Source: a virus. Taken from it: a stretch of DNA of 64,000 nucleotides. Under the pieces are notes generated by a model. It was given only the letters and a program-made list of their open reading frames with translations, was not told where the DNA came from and searched no databases. Position 1 is the first letter of the stretch. Every line of letters begins with the position of its first letter. Location: positions 32,001-96,000 of IMG/VR virus record IMGVR_UViG_3300017963_000201. One strand, 5' to 3'. This document shows positions 30,423 through 41,379 of this stretch, in pieces. Made by a program: the position numbers and the translations under genes.

Positions 30423-32426
30423 TCAACCAACTTCTGCGTATTTAGAAGTAGGTTCTTTAGTTTTTACAGCCCTTTCTCTATTTTGATTCTCTTTTAAGAT
30501 TCTTTGTACTTCTTGTAGAATTATATCCCGGTCTCTTGTTTGTCCGGCTTTGAGTAATTCTTGTATAGCAGCGTTTCCTCCCACTCTAGCTAATGACCCA
30601 AGTTTTTCGTAAGCTGCACCTTGCCGAAAAGTTGCTGGTGCGGCATTCTTTAATAAGGCACTTCGAACAGACTTATATCTATTAATTTCTTCTTTAGTTA
30701 AATCAGATCTAATAGCTGATATTAATTCACTAGCACCAGCCTTACCAGAATATAATTTAGAAAATTCTTTAGCTTCTATTGTTTTTTCAAGTACTTTTTC
30801 CCCTCTTACAGTAGCAGCCGGTAAACCTGATCGCACATTGTATGTCGATTTCCCCCCGACAATATCAATGATAGTATTCATTAAATCAAATATCGTTTCG
30901 AACCATTTTCTTAGTGTAGTTTCAATCCACTTCTTTATTCTAGCCTCCGTACCCGCTAACTTTTTAGCAATTTCAGCACCTTTATTTACAAGTACGTTTC
31001 TATTCTTTTTATACTCCGCTTCAGCATCTTTCATTTTTTCTCTGGCTTTACCAACCTCTTTAGCAAACTTAGCCAACCCTTCCCCACCTAACCCACCTCG
31101 GGTAAATGCTTGAGCCATTACCTTTTGTACTTCTTCAGAAGTAAAATTAAATTGTTTTAATAGTTTTCTAACCGCAATCTCTCGGGTATCTCCCGTAAAT
31201 TGCTGTGTATGCTTTTGTATAAATTGCCCTATGCGTTCAAACTGCTGCTCAGGAAATAAGCGTTCAAATTGTAATATCCGCGATGCTGCCGTAGATCCCT
31301 CACCTAAAGCAGCCTTCCATCCGTCTTCTAACTCGGAAGAAAATCCGGATATTGTTTTAACAATCTCTTTTCTAACTTCTCGGGGTGCCTCCCCTAGACC
31401 CAACTTCTTTGCTACATCTTTACTGATCAGAGTATTATATAAACCAAGTACACCCAAAAGGTCGGCACTATATGATCTAGTTTTATCGGTTAATTCCTTT
31501 ATGTCGCTTATAGCCTCATCCATAGAAAGCATAGGTATTGTTGCAGACGCTTCTCTAATCGTATTAAGATAACCCGCTGCCACAGACGATGTTTTATTAT
31601 AGTTTGTAACTAAATTCTTAATACCTTCAACTTGGGATTGTACATTTTGCCCATGTAGATATTCAACGGCTAATAACTCCTTTGATAGTCTTTTCATATC
31701 TTCCATTTCAAAGCCAGCACGAGCCAAACTTACATTATACTCCCCAGCAACTTCTAAGCTCTTTATAAAACTTTGTTCTATCTTGCTAATAGACGAAGAT
31801 GCAACACTGAAATTTTTATTCCCAGCAGCCCATTGCACATTTATCTGCTGGCTCATAGCACCAATTTTATCCAATTGATCCTTAAATCCTATTAATAATT
31901 TAATTATCCCACCGAGAGTCAAAGGTATAGCAGCCATATTAGCGGACCACTTACCAACCGCAGCTCCATATCTTTGAGTATCTTTAAGTATAGACCGACT
32001 AGCTTTAAGTTCTTCTTCTTTTATCTTTACGTTTTGATTACCAATTTTTATGTACTTTTCACCAAATTCAACTTTTCTTTGCTCTTCCTTAACTCGTCGT
32101 CGTGCCTTTCTAGTTAGTTGATCCCACTTTACAACTTCTGCACCAACCAACTCGGCTTCTTGTCTACGATATTTTAATAGCTCTTTCAGTTCACCTCCTT
32201 GAGCAATAATACTCTGTTCCATTTTTTTAGCAGCAGCCACAGCAGCTTGTGCTAACTTTGGATCTATTATAGACAGTTCTGGGATTTGTGCGCGTATCTG
32301 AGCTACTTCTTGCATTGCTTGTTTAATGCGCTCAGTTTGCTCTGCTGTACTTTTTGCGTGAATAGAACCTTGCTCAAATAGTAAAGTAGCCTGTTCTATA
32401 CTCGATACGTCAAAAACATCTGCCAT
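30423..32426 (-). CDS. Tape measure protein
   Basis: Helical, Ala/Lys-rich; follows frameshifted chaperone pair. Confidence 0.7.
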   Translation of the reverse strand: MADVFDVSSIEQATLLFEQGSIHAKSTAEQTERIKQAMQEVAQIRAQIPELSIIDPKLAQAAVAAAKKMEQSIIAQGGELKELLKYRRQEAELVGAEVVKWDQLTRKARRRVKEEQRKVEFGEKYIKIGNQNVKIKEEELKASRSILKDTQRYGAAVGKWSANMAAIPLTLGGIIKLLIGFKDQLDKIGAMSQQINVQWAAGNKNFSVASSSISKIEQSFIKSLEVAGEYNVSLARAGFEMEDMKRLSKELLAVEYLHGQNVQSQVEGIKNLVTNYNKTSSVAAGYLNTIREASATIPMLSMDEAISDIKELTDKTRSYSADLLGVLGLYNTLISKDVAKKLGLGEAPREVRKEIVKTISGFSSELEDGWKAALGEGSTAASRILQFERLFPEQQFERIGQFIQKHTQQFTGDTREIAVRKLLKQFNFTSEEVQKVMAQAFTRGGLGGEGLAKFAKEVGKAREKMKDAEAEYKKNRNVLVNKGAEIAKKLAGTEARIKKWIETTLRKWFETIFDLMNTIIDIVGGKSTYNVRSGLPAATVRGEKVLEKTIEAKEFSKLYSGKAGASELISAIRSDLTKEEINRYKSVRSALLKNAAPATFRQGAAYEKLGSLARVGGNAAIQELLKAGQTRDRDIILQEVQRILKENQNRERAVKTKEPTSKYAEVG

Positions 32427-32429
32427 TAG

Positions 32430-32878
32430 TTACCCCAAGATATCGTCATAATCTTCATTTTGTACTCTTGTCTCTGGATCTTCGAGATTTACTCGGACAA
32501 CTTTACCTTTTTTGACACCTTCTTTAATAGAATTTATAGCATCATTGACATAATCTGGAACCCATGCCTTACCAGTAGCATGACCAATGGCACTTTGCTT
32601 ATCAAAAGTCTCATTTACATGAATACCCTCAGTGCTACCTTTTTCCTCAAATTCTTTCTCTGCAGCATAGATTTGAGGATTAATATAAAATTTAACAGAA
32701 TCAATCATATCTTTTGCAAGCATAATCTTATCATAAAGATCTTTGTCTATCGCAGATAATAACACTATTTTTTGTAGAAGGTTTAAACTTTGATAATTCG
32801 GATCAGTTGGTAGGACTTTAAAGTACGTAATCAAAGCTAGATCGACTCGGAAGACTTCTGACTTTTCAATTTTTTTTT
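32430..32878 (-). CDS. Tail assembly chaperone, -1 frameshift extension (gpT-like)
   Basis: Open -1 frame from A9 run: IEKSEVFRVDLALITYFKVLP..; no own RBS/ATG. Confidence 0.75.
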
Positions 32879-33349
32879 AATATCCTGAAACTCTTTACTA
32901 ACTTTTTCTGTAAATTCTACATAAGCCTCATACATGAGATCTAGTAAGTCAGGGGATTTTATCTTTTGCTTAAAGATAATCTGAGCTTGTTCCAATGGGG
33001 TAGGATTACGTTCTGCTTTATCGTAGAATTCTTTTATTTCGTTGTTCGGTAACAGTAAAGGCATACCATTAATCAACTTAACCGCTCTGGACAGTGTTTC
33101 GAGTTTACGGGTTACTTCCTGAGCCATATATGTCTCGTACTTGCCCATAGCTGTAAATATGTCTCTATGTTCTATGGGAGTTAAAGTACGAAATTGCACG
33201 GTAAGCTCTACCTTTTTTGCTTCGTCTTTAAATAAGGTAATAGGATCGGACTGTGTATAACCTAAATAAAATACGTCCTCTAATATGGGAAAGGATCCTG
33301 AGATTGGGGATTCTAGGCTATTATTCTCTTGTGTGGGATCGAATGTCAT
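32837..33349 (-). CDS. Tail assembly chaperone (gpG-like)
   Basis: Between tube and TMP; slippery A9 near 3' end. Confidence 0.75.
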   Translation of the reverse strand: MTFDPTQENNSLESPISGSFPILEDVFYLGYTQSDPITLFKDEAKKVELTVQFRTLTPIEHRDIFTAMGKYETYMAQEVTRKLETLSRAVKLINGMPLLLPNNEIKEFYDKAERNPTPLEQAQIIFKQKIKSPDLLDLMYEAYVEFTEKVSKEFQDIKKKLKSQKSSESI

Positions 33350-33389
33350 TTTCTACTCTTTTCGTGGATACAACAACAACTAAATTATA

Positions 33390-33848
33390 CTATTCACGCT
33401 TTCCTGTAATTGTCCTAACTTCCAAAGTCATACTTTCGACAGTTCTAACTGTCCCTGTATCGATATCTTTACTCCAGGATGAAGGGACACAATCCGTGTA
33501 ATGGATAATTCTTTTTGAACTATTTGTTGGGTTTTTTTGAATTTCCATTACCTGGATCGGTTGATTAAAGTCCTCAATCGAATAGATATCGAAACCGAAA
33601 GCTTCGTACAGGGAAAGCGTATACATCTCTACCCGAGATAGATCTATACTTATATCCGTACCACCCCATACAATCTCAACAACCTCGGGGCCTGTTTTAA
33701 ATAGGATTTCTCGAATCCTCTCTGTGTTTCGAGAAGCCCTAATCGATAAGCGCTCAAACGATCCGATATTAACACCACCAACCTGAATTGTGTGGCTATA
33801 AAAGACCGTGTGGCGCGTGTTTGGCACTTGGGTCTGTGGATAGGCCAT
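33390..33848 (-). CDS. Tail tube protein
   Basis: 152 aa directly after sheath; YTDCVPSSWS motif. Confidence 0.8.
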   Translation of the reverse strand: MAYPQTQVPNTRHTVFYSHTIQVGGVNIGSFERLSIRASRNTERIREILFKTGPEVVEIVWGGTDISIDLSRVEMYTLSLYEAFGFDIYSIEDFNQPIQVMEIQKNPTNSSKRIIHYTDCVPSSWSKDIDTGTVRTVESMTLEVRTITGKRE

Positions 33849-33858
33849 TCCCTAACTC

Positions 33859-35226
33859 CTAAGAGCTGAAGCTCAAAACGAACGTAAAGGTGATATCCAT
33901 ATACTGCATGCCAAATGCTGGTTGGACACTAGCAGTCACATTAATTTTTCGTGGCTCAGTAGAATCCTGAGTTACAGATACATTTTTGTAATCTGCTATG
34001 ACTACTTCCTTTATTAAATATTTTAGAATATTAGTTACAGATCCATCGACACTAGTAAGTAAATCTTCATTAATCGGTTTATTACGATAGAGCACCCACA
34101 ACTGCTCTCGTAGGTATTTCTTAACATAGTCTCCAACGTCTTGTACCCCTAGATCTTCTGTCAAAGCACTAGTGGTATCAGTTGTTCCTATGAATACGTT
34201 GCGAAGAACCTCACCCTTGATTCTTACTGGACCTACACCACGACCAACTAGCCACGTTTCAACCTCTGGGCTGTAATTATCGGTTACGGTAACATTGGGT
34301 ATAATCTCATCGGAGATATTAATACCAATACCTACTGAACAAATCTTACCAGCTAAAGCCGCACTATAGAACCGCGAATCGTAATTACTAGTAAAACCAT
34401 TTACCTTAGAAATACCATTGTACGGAAATGGCACAACCATCCGACTATGGGCATAACTCATAGCAAATGCTGCAGCGTCTGTGTATGCTGTACTTTGTGG
34501 CAAAGAAGCAATTACGGTTCGTTCCTGCTTTTGTGTTGGTTCTGAGGCAAGAACCGCATGATTAAACATGATATTGGCTGCAGATGTTGTATTGAGTGTA
34601 CCAGAAGACATAGGAACAAGGAATAATTTATATCCTGTGATCTTTTCTAGTTCATCCACCATTGCCGTGAAGGCATTTTCTAACTCTTGTCCCGTAGGGC
34701 TATCTGGATCTGTTGCCGAACTTAGATCTAATTGTGCGATAATTACACCCGTAGATCCAGCTTGAAGACCTAAATACCCCCCAACGGATACATCATTTAT
34801 ATTTCCATTGGTCCTTGTTTTGTTTCCATGGTCTTCGTAAATAAGATTTTCATTAAAATAAAGGGTAGGAACATAGGCAGAAGCTGCACGGGTTTCTGTG
34901 AACGTTACATAGTAATTGTTTCCGACAGTAGGCTCACTACCTGCGGGGTTCCAACTAATTTTATTCCCGGTTACCAAAGTATAGTCGGTTCCATCGACAT
35001 ACTTAGCAACCCCCGGCAAGTCACCCACAGAAACAATTTCGTTGATTGTACTACCAGAAACTAAATTGTCTACTACCCCCGCAGATCTAACTACCCTTTG
35101 ATTACTAATTAGCTTGTATGGGTCACCTTCACCGATATAAACAGGATACCGTTCATATAAAGGTGGGGCAACAATACCCGTATCGTTTACAATTCTAACT
35201 ATGATACCTGGAAGTTGTAATGCCAT
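33859..35226 (-). CDS. Tail sheath protein
   Basis: LPGII N-terminus; C-terminal VTQDSTEPRKINVTASVQPAFGMQYMDITF. Confidence 0.85.
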   Translation of the reverse strand: MALQLPGIIVRIVNDTGIVAPPLYERYPVYIGEGDPYKLISNQRVVRSAGVVDNLVSGSTINEIVSVGDLPGVAKYVDGTDYTLVTGNKISWNPAGSEPTVGNNYYVTFTETRAASAYVPTLYFNENLIYEDHGNKTRTNGNINDVSVGGYLGLQAGSTGVIIAQLDLSSATDPDSPTGQELENAFTAMVDELEKITGYKLFLVPMSSGTLNTTSAANIMFNHAVLASEPTQKQERTVIASLPQSTAYTDAAAFAMSYAHSRMVVPFPYNGISKVNGFTSNYDSRFYSAALAGKICSVGIGINISDEIIPNVTVTDNYSPEVETWLVGRGVGPVRIKGEVLRNVFIGTTDTTSALTEDLGVQDVGDYVKKYLREQLWVLYRNKPINEDLLTSVDGSVTNILKYLIKEVVIADYKNVSVTQDSTEPRKINVTASVQPAFGMQYMDITFTFVLSFSS

Positions 35227-35324
35227 AGTATAGAGATCTCCGCAAAGGTTAGAAATCTTGCGCTATTCAAGTCTAATTATATGGGAATTAAGACTAAATG
35301 ATTTAACTAGCGTTCAGATCTAAA

Positions 35325-35918
35325 CTATGAGTCTAAATCTATGGAAAGTGTAATATTGATAAATAGTTCAGAAAGTGTATCTGGTGAACCTGTTGAGTCA
35401 CGCCAAGTACCAATCGCTCGCATTGTTACGTTATTTCGATACACAGGATAATCAATTTGAGGTTGCATTACCTCCCCACCATCCCTAAACGATGCAGCTT
35501 CGGGCAATCGAATATAGTATTTTTCAAAATAAGTACGGGCCATAGGATGCGAAAGATAAATACAAACGATATCCGTTAACTTATCCCGCTCTTCCATGCT
35601 ACTTGCCCAAATTTCAAACTCAATACTAGTTTCTATATCCCCACCGTACTCAATATTGGTGGTGCCGTAATCAATCAAATCATTGGTAAATGATATGATC
35701 TTAAAGTTTCCAGAAGCTGCCCCAATCAAAACACAGGGAATTGATCTAAAATCCCAGGCAGCTCTCTTAATGGCTTTGGGGCGACTAGAAAATTTAGCTT
35801 GGCGATTACCGTCCCAAAAGGATACTTGTTCCTTTTCTTCCGCAAGGAAAATATAATTAAGATACTTAACAAAATGATCTTTAATAAACTCTACACCACG
35901 ATAGTAACGAACACTCAT
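35325..35918 (-). CDS. Tail terminator/neck protein
   Basis: FEIWASSMEERDKLTD motif; upstream of sheath. Confidence 0.6.
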   Translation of the reverse strand: MSVRYYRGVEFIKDHFVKYLNYIFLAEEKEQVSFWDGNRQAKFSSRPKAIKRAAWDFRSIPCVLIGAASGNFKIISFTNDLIDYGTTNIEYGGDIETSIEFEIWASSMEERDKLTDIVCIYLSHPMARTYFEKYYIRLPEAASFRDGGEVMQPQIDYPVYRNNVTMRAIGTWRDSTGSPDTLSELFINITLSIDLDS

Positions 35919-36838
35919 TAGACCGTCCTAATGCTTACGCTATAAAGACTTGATCTAGGATCAATCTCAGCCAAGTCAAAGTGCTGACTCACTAGGATAT
36001 CTTCGATATAAATAGGAGTATAGTTTACTATTTGGAATCTTTGGCTTGTAGCAACACGAATTACCATATCGTGTTCGACCGCTGTAGGGCTGTAAGGAGG
36101 TGGTGTTGTCCAATATGCTGCCCTAGATTCCCGAAGCAAGCCTGAGTCTGTGATCGTAAAGTCTGTTAGGGTACCGGGGAACGCTAGTAAAAACTGATTA
36201 GGCGAAATCTTTGTACGGATCCTAGCATCTGATTTTAACCATTGTTCAAATCCCCAAAGCGATCTATAATATCCAGTCTCAGTATCCCGGACAGGTTGCA
36301 TGCCTTCAAACTTAACTAACGGATTTATTGTCCCGTAGGTAAAGGTAGCAATACTAGATGTGTGCATAGGGGGCGTATTAAAGACAACATACACAGCGTC
36401 CTCAATAGGTTCCCCATCGCTGTCTACTTCATCTTGATAAATGTCGAATGCGTACTCATTCCAGCCAGAAATAAAAGTGTACTTGTCAATTGCAGATTCC
36501 CAAACATCGGTAGACCCCGTAGCAGCTACCGTGGTTGTAAATACACCAATGTCTGGGTATTCATCAACAGGATCAGAGTTGCGACCCCAAAGTTTGAATC
36601 TTAAACAACCCGTATCTGGATCAGTTGAGTATGATGAAGCAACTTTAGTTATTGTTGATACTCTTCTACTATCAACTTGAAATGGAGCACTTGCCCGAGC
36701 TTGGCGTTTGAATAGGTAACAAGCCTCCCCGCCTGTATTTAATAAATCCCAATTTTGTCTGACAGCAAAAGACAAAATTTGAGTGCTACGTCTTATTTTG
36801 TATGGCTGTACCCAGAAAGGCAAAATACTATCCTCCAC
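35918..36838 (-). CDS. Head closure/neck protein
   Basis: GGEACYLFKR N-terminus; synteny. Confidence 0.55.
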   Translation of the reverse strand: MEDSILPFWVQPYKIRRSTQILSFAVRQNWDLLNTGGEACYLFKRQARASAPFQVDSRRVSTITKVASSYSTDPDTGCLRFKLWGRNSDPVDEYPDIGVFTTTVAATGSTDVWESAIDKYTFISGWNEYAFDIYQDEVDSDGEPIEDAVYVVFNTPPMHTSSIATFTYGTINPLVKFEGMQPVRDTETGYYRSLWGFEQWLKSDARIRTKISPNQFLLAFPGTLTDFTITDSGLLRESRAAYWTTPPPYSPTAVEHDMVIRVATSQRFQIVNYTPIYIEDILVSQHFDLAEIDPRSSLYSVSIRTV

Positions 36839-36881
36839 TCAAAAGTATAGAGAAGGATAGTAAGTATTGTTTAACAGACGG

Positions 36882-37397
36882 CTATTTAGTAAACAACGGT
36901 TCTTTAGCTTTTGGAGGACAAGAGCACATAAGTTTCCAACATTCGGGTGCCTTGAACGCTAGTCCATAATTTTTGTACATGCCCAAGACATAAAGATCGT
37001 CATCGAACGAAACTAAAGATTCTGATGCATAGGGTACGTATGGAAGGATTTTTTGATTAAGAATTCGCTCTTTATGCTCTGTTCCTGTACTTAGCTCACC
37101 ATTGGGGCGCATATAAAGATTAATGTTCTCTTTATGAAGCGGAAAATAATTAGAAATCCATAGCAAGGTTACACTTCTAAGTCTTTCGTTCCGTCCAGTT
37201 ACAAAATGGACAGAGCTAGACTCTACGATTAATTTTGCCACACATTCTACAGAGTATGGCATGGGTGTGTCTCTTAGAACTAAGGTTGGTGATGTAAAGG
37301 TTTTCCAATCTTCTATAGTAGGTTCGTCCTTGTCTACTATGTTTTGTCTGTGAGAAAAATCACTCAAAGTCCCATCAATATCCAGGATGGTAATCAT
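36882..37397 (-). CDS. HAD-family phosphatase (polynucleotide kinase 3'-phosphatase-like)
   Basis: DIDGT, VTGR, LYMRP, FDDD. Confidence 0.8.
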   Translation of the reverse strand: MITILDIDGTLSDFSHRQNIVDKDEPTIEDWKTFTSPTLVLRDTPMPYSVECVAKLIVESSSVHFVTGRNERLRSVTLLWISNYFPLHKENINLYMRPNGELSTGTEHKERILNQKILPYVPYASESLVSFDDDLYVLGMYKNYGLAFKAPECWKLMCSCPPKAKEPLFTK

Positions 37398-37478
37398 TAA
37401 TAAACTTTCTTTTAATGCCCGTCACAGATTTACATGTATTATACCCATACTACAACAAAAAGTTTACCTGAGGTACGT

Positions 37479-38792
37479 ATGCCATACAACCCAAACGAGC
37501 TAAAAAACAAGATAATTGGTAAGGAAATAAACATTGGTATTGTGGGTTTAGGATATGTAGGTTTACCCTTAGCTATTCAGTTTTGTAAGAAGGGATTCAA
37601 TGTTATAGGATTTGACATTGATCCGTATAAAGTGTATTGCCTTAAGCACGGAACAAGTTACCTAAGCCACGTTGATCCAGAATCTTTTATTGAGTACATC
37701 CAAGCAAAAAAGTTTTTTCCTACTAGTTTCTTCAAAAATTTAACATTTTGCACTGTAACAATAGTATGTGTACCAACCCCCCTTACAGCAAATAGAGAAC
37801 CAGACTTAAGTTACATAAAAGCAACCATGGAAAGTATTCAGCCCTATGTTGGAAAATACGTAAACATCGTATCTCTAGAAAGCACGACGTATCCAGGAAC
37901 AACCAACGAGGTAGTAAGACCAATCTTAGAAAAAGAAGCTGCTGTTGGTAAGGATTTTGCTCTGATTTACTCTCCGGAACGTGAGGACCCAGGAAACCCT
38001 TTTTTTAGTATAGGTAATACTCCCAAAGTTGTAGGAGGCCAAACAGAAACATGCGGATTACTTGGTAAGGTACTGTATCAACAAATCGTAGACACTGTAA
38101 TATTAGTAAGTTCTACCAATACCGCAGAGATGGTCAAAATCTTAGAAAATACCTATCGAGCAGTCAATATATCTTTTGTAAATGAACTAAAGATGCTGTG
38201 CCATAAAATGGGCATAGATATTTTTGAAGTCATACGAGCAGCACAAACCAAACCTTTTGGCTTTCAAGCCTTTCGTCCTAGTTGCGGTTTTGGTGGGCAT
38301 TGCATAAAGGAAGATCCGTTTTATCTCACTTGGAAAGCACGGCAATATGACATTAACACAAAGTTTATAGAACTGGCTGGAGAAATAAATTCGTATATGC
38401 CAGAATATGTTTCCAATCGAATTCAAGATGCATTAAATTCTAGAGAAAAAAGTATTAAAAACTCGGTTATATTAATTATTGGGGTTGCGTATAAGCCAAA
38501 TGTCAACGACACCCGAGAAAGCCCTGCTTTTAGAATTATAGATCTGCTACATAAAAAAGGTGGGCATATACTATACCATGATCCTTTTATTCCTATTCTG
38601 CCAGAAACTAGGAAATACAATTTCAAACTTAAATCGCAAGATTTATCTAAGGATTTATTAAATATTGTGGACTGTGTTGTTATAGTAACGGCGCATAAAG
38701 ATATCGATTACAAATTTATCCAAAAATATGCCAAGATCATCGTTGATACCTGCGACACGTTTAGGGATAAAACAAACGTCTACTGCGCATAA
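37479..38792 (+). CDS. Nucleotide-sugar (UDP-GlcNAc/ManNAc-type) dehydrogenase
   Basis: GLGYVG, CVPTP, ESTTYPGTT, SPERED, GGHCI, AYKPNVNDTRESP. Confidence 0.93.
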   Translation: MPYNPNELKNKIIGKEINIGIVGLGYVGLPLAIQFCKKGFNVIGFDIDPYKVYCLKHGTSYLSHVDPESFIEYIQAKKFFPTSFFKNLTFCTVTIVCVPTPLTANREPDLSYIKATMESIQPYVGKYVNIVSLESTTYPGTTNEVVRPILEKEAAVGKDFALIYSPEREDPGNPFFSIGNTPKVVGGQTETCGLLGKVLYQQIVDTVILVSSTNTAEMVKILENTYRAVNISFVNELKMLCHKMGIDIFEVIRAAQTKPFGFQAFRPSCGFGGHCIKEDPFYLTWKARQYDINTKFIELAGEINSYMPEYVSNRIQDALNSREKSIKNSVILIIGVAYKPNVNDTRESPAFRIIDLLHKKGGHILYHDPFIPILPETRKYNFKLKSQDLSKDLLNIVDCVVIVTAHKDIDYKFIQKYAKIIVDTCDTFRDKTNVYCA

Positions 38793-38803
38793 AGGAGACG
38801 GTC

Positions 38804-39196
38804 ATGGAGGACGCAAAAATAATCAATAGTAGTGTTTTTAACTTTGGGCTCATTGGGATTGGTACTACTATCGTGGGTTCCCTAGTTGGTCTTTTGCTCT
38901 TGAACTACTCTTTAGGCTTGCGTATCCAAGACGAGCGTGCTAAACAGGATGAGTTACGTACCCAACTAGCAGATCAACAAAATACAATTTACGACCTAAG
39001 AAGAGCATTGGATAGGACAGAGGGGCGGTTGGGAGTTTACGAGGATTTTTTAATCGGAACACAAGTACATGCACTCAAACGTATGGTGCGGGACTTTTTA
39101 AGGAGCAACAAAGTTAAATCTACAGAAGTAACCTTGCTAGAGTTTGAGCAGTGGGCAAACCAAAAGGTATCTTATCCTGTAGGTATCGGAGGGTAG
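38804..39196 (+). CDS. Membrane-anchored coiled-coil protein
   Basis: One TM segment then heptad pattern. Confidence 0.55.
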   Translation: MEDAKIINSSVFNFGLIGIGTTIVGSLVGLLLLNYSLGLRIQDERAKQDELRTQLADQQNTIYDLRRALDRTEGRLGVYEDFLIGTQVHALKRMVRDFLRSNKVKSTEVTLLEFEQWANQKVSYPVGIGG

Positions 39197-39197
39197 C

Positions 39198-40385
39198 TTG
39201 GATTTCTCTATAGCAGATCACACTAGTTATTTAGTGGTTGCAGGATCGCATGCCTATAAGACACACCACCAAGATAGCGACTATGATGTTAGAGGTTGGG
39301 GAATACCCCCACTAAAATACCAATTTGCTTTTGACAAACATTTTGATCAATACGATGCAAAGCATACCTATCGAAATTACCCTTTTAGGGTAGATCTAAA
39401 TTCGTATATTAAATCTCATAACCTTAGGCCACTTCCAGAAGACGAAATGATAGATCAAACTGTTTACTCAATTTCTAAATTTTTCAAGCTGGCATCAGAT
39501 TGCAACCCTAATGTGATTGAGTTATTATTTGTTGACGATACAGATATATTAATCTGTGATCCCTATGCCACAGAAGTTAAAAAACACCGAGACTTATTTT
39601 TGTCTGCCCGCGCCAAATTTAGCTATTTAGGGTATGCAATCAGTCAACTGAAGCGTATTAAAACTCATCGGAGGTGGTTACTTAATCCACCTAAAGAAAA
39701 ACCCACTAGGACTAAATACGAGCTTCCAGAGCAATCTTTAATACCACCAGAGCAACGAGGTGCTGCAGAAGCCTTGGTAAAAGCAAAAGTACGGGAATGG
39801 ACCTTACAAGATGCCGATCTTTTTTCAAAGACTGAATTAAATATGGTCCATGTAAATCACCTATCAGAGTTTGTAGGGTATCTAATAGACCGTAAAACGG
39901 ATATACAAGAAATGCTTACAGCAGCTCGCATAGCTGCAATGCACTACTACGGACTGTCAAAAAATATGATCGAAGTTTTACAAGCTGAAAAATCATATAA
40001 GGCGGCATTAATAGAATGGAACCAATACAAGAATTGGAAAGAAACCAGAAATCCTTATAGAGCTGGATTAGAAAGGGACTATGGCTATGATTTAAAACAC
40101 GCCATGCACCTTGTTAGACTAATTTTTCAAGGCGAAGAATTACTCACTAGAGGAAAAATTACAGTAAGGTGTAATCACATTCCAGAGATCGAAGAAGTAA
40201 AAGAAGGTAAGTGGAGCTACGAAAAATTAATTTATTTTGTAGAGACTAAAGAAAAAGAATTTAATATTTTGTATAATGACAAGAAGTACGTCGTACCAAA
40301 GAAGCCGAATATAAAGGCTCTGAGTAAGCTAAATACGGATCTATTAAAGAGGTATTACCATGAGAAAATTTTTCTACGACACTGA
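39198..40385 (+). CDS. Pol-beta superfamily nucleotidyltransferase (RlaP/YcgL-like)
   Basis: GSHAY..DSDYDVRG, NPNVIELLF, YDLKHAMHLVRL. Confidence 0.85.
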   Translation: MDFSIADHTSYLVVAGSHAYKTHHQDSDYDVRGWGIPPLKYQFAFDKHFDQYDAKHTYRNYPFRVDLNSYIKSHNLRPLPEDEMIDQTVYSISKFFKLASDCNPNVIELLFVDDTDILICDPYATEVKKHRDLFLSARAKFSYLGYAISQLKRIKTHRRWLLNPPKEKPTRTKYELPEQSLIPPEQRGAAEALVKAKVREWTLQDADLFSKTELNMVHVNHLSEFVGYLIDRKTDIQEMLTAARIAAMHYYGLSKNMIEVLQAEKSYKAALIEWNQYKNWKETRNPYRAGLERDYGYDLKHAMHLVRLIFQGEELLTRGKITVRCNHIPEIEEVKEGKWSYEKLIYFVETKEKEFNILYNDKKYVVPKKPNIKALSKLNTDLLKRYYHEKIFLRH

Positions 40386-40866
40386 ATTCATAGAATACCC
40401 TAGCCACATTGATCTAATATCCATAGCGCTTGTATCTGAGTCCGGGGGGTTTTTTTACGCAGTCAATAATGAGTGTGACTTTAGTAAAGCAAATCCGTGG
40501 GTCAAGGAAAACATAATTGACCATCTAGAGCCCCAGTCAGATCCTTCCTGGATGACAAGGGAAAAAATAAAAAGTGATCTGTTAAACTACTTAAAACCTG
40601 AGATAGAAGATCCTGTTCAGCTCTGGGGATATTACGCAGATTACGATCATGTAGCTTTGTGTTGGCTATTTGGGCCTATGATTAATTTACCAAAAGGTAT
40701 GCCCATGTATACCTTGGACCTAAAGCAATTGGCTTATCACCTTGGTAATCCACCATTACCGACACAGGATCTCCCAGAGCACAACGCAAAGCACGATGCC
40801 CTATGGAATCGAAGAGTTTATTTTTACCTAAAGCAGATAGCCAAACAAAAAAATATTGAGGTTTGA
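40360..40866 (+). CDS. DEDDh 3'-5' exoribonuclease (Rv2179c/RNase AS-like)
   Basis: FYDTEF, YADYDHV, DLKQ, HNAKHDA. Confidence 0.85.
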   Translation: MRKFFYDTEFIEYPSHIDLISIALVSESGGFFYAVNNECDFSKANPWVKENIIDHLEPQSDPSWMTREKIKSDLLNYLKPEIEDPVQLWGYYADYDHVALCWLFGPMINLPKGMPMYTLDLKQLAYHLGNPPLPTQDLPEHNAKHDALWNRRVYFYLKQIAKQKNIEV

Positions 40867-41077
40867 TGTGCAAGAAGCATTGATGGTTATGTTAGTTGTA
40901 TTGGGTATAATCGGTTTGGTACTACTTAGTAGATCGATAATATATGGTAGACTGCTTTGCCAAGGAAAAATTAGTAGCTATAGTTACACAAAAGTAAAAA
41001 CAAGAGAAGCAACAAATTTTATCTATGGGATCATGTTTTTAATTGCATCCATATCCTTATTTATTGTCCTCCCATGA
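40856..41077 (+). CDS. Small two-TM membrane protein
   Basis: Two hydrophobic segments. Confidence 0.5.
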   Translation: MRFDVQEALMVMLVVLGIIGLVLLSRSIIYGRLLCQGKISSYSYTKVKTREATNFIYGIMFLIASISLFIVLP

Positions 41078-41379
41078 AAAAAGAAGTTACTGATAAAGAC
41101 CTAGCGAAGATGTACAATTGGGGTGCTGCCCTTAGACTGTTACGTAAAATGACTGGATTAGGTCTTATAAAGTTCGGTTACGAAGTTGGTTATTTCAACG
41201 GACAAATATGCAATTGGGAAAACAATAAAATGTTACCCGATCTTAGAACGCTATATCGCTATTGTTTTGCCCTTAATGTCCCTTTATCGTTCATTGCCTA
41301 TCTAGCAGAGAATGAAAACGTAAGGGATCAAATTAATAAAGGACTCTCCTATTACAAGCGAGGATTCCATGTCGTATGA
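41074..41379 (+). CDS. XRE-family HTH protein
   Basis: LRLLRK..ICNWENNKMLPDL..ALNVPL. Confidence 0.75.
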   Translation: MKKEVTDKDLAKMYNWGAALRLLRKMTGLGLIKFGYEVGYFNGQICNWENNKMLPDLRTLYRYCFALNVPLSFIAYLAENENVRDQINKGLSYYKRGFHVV

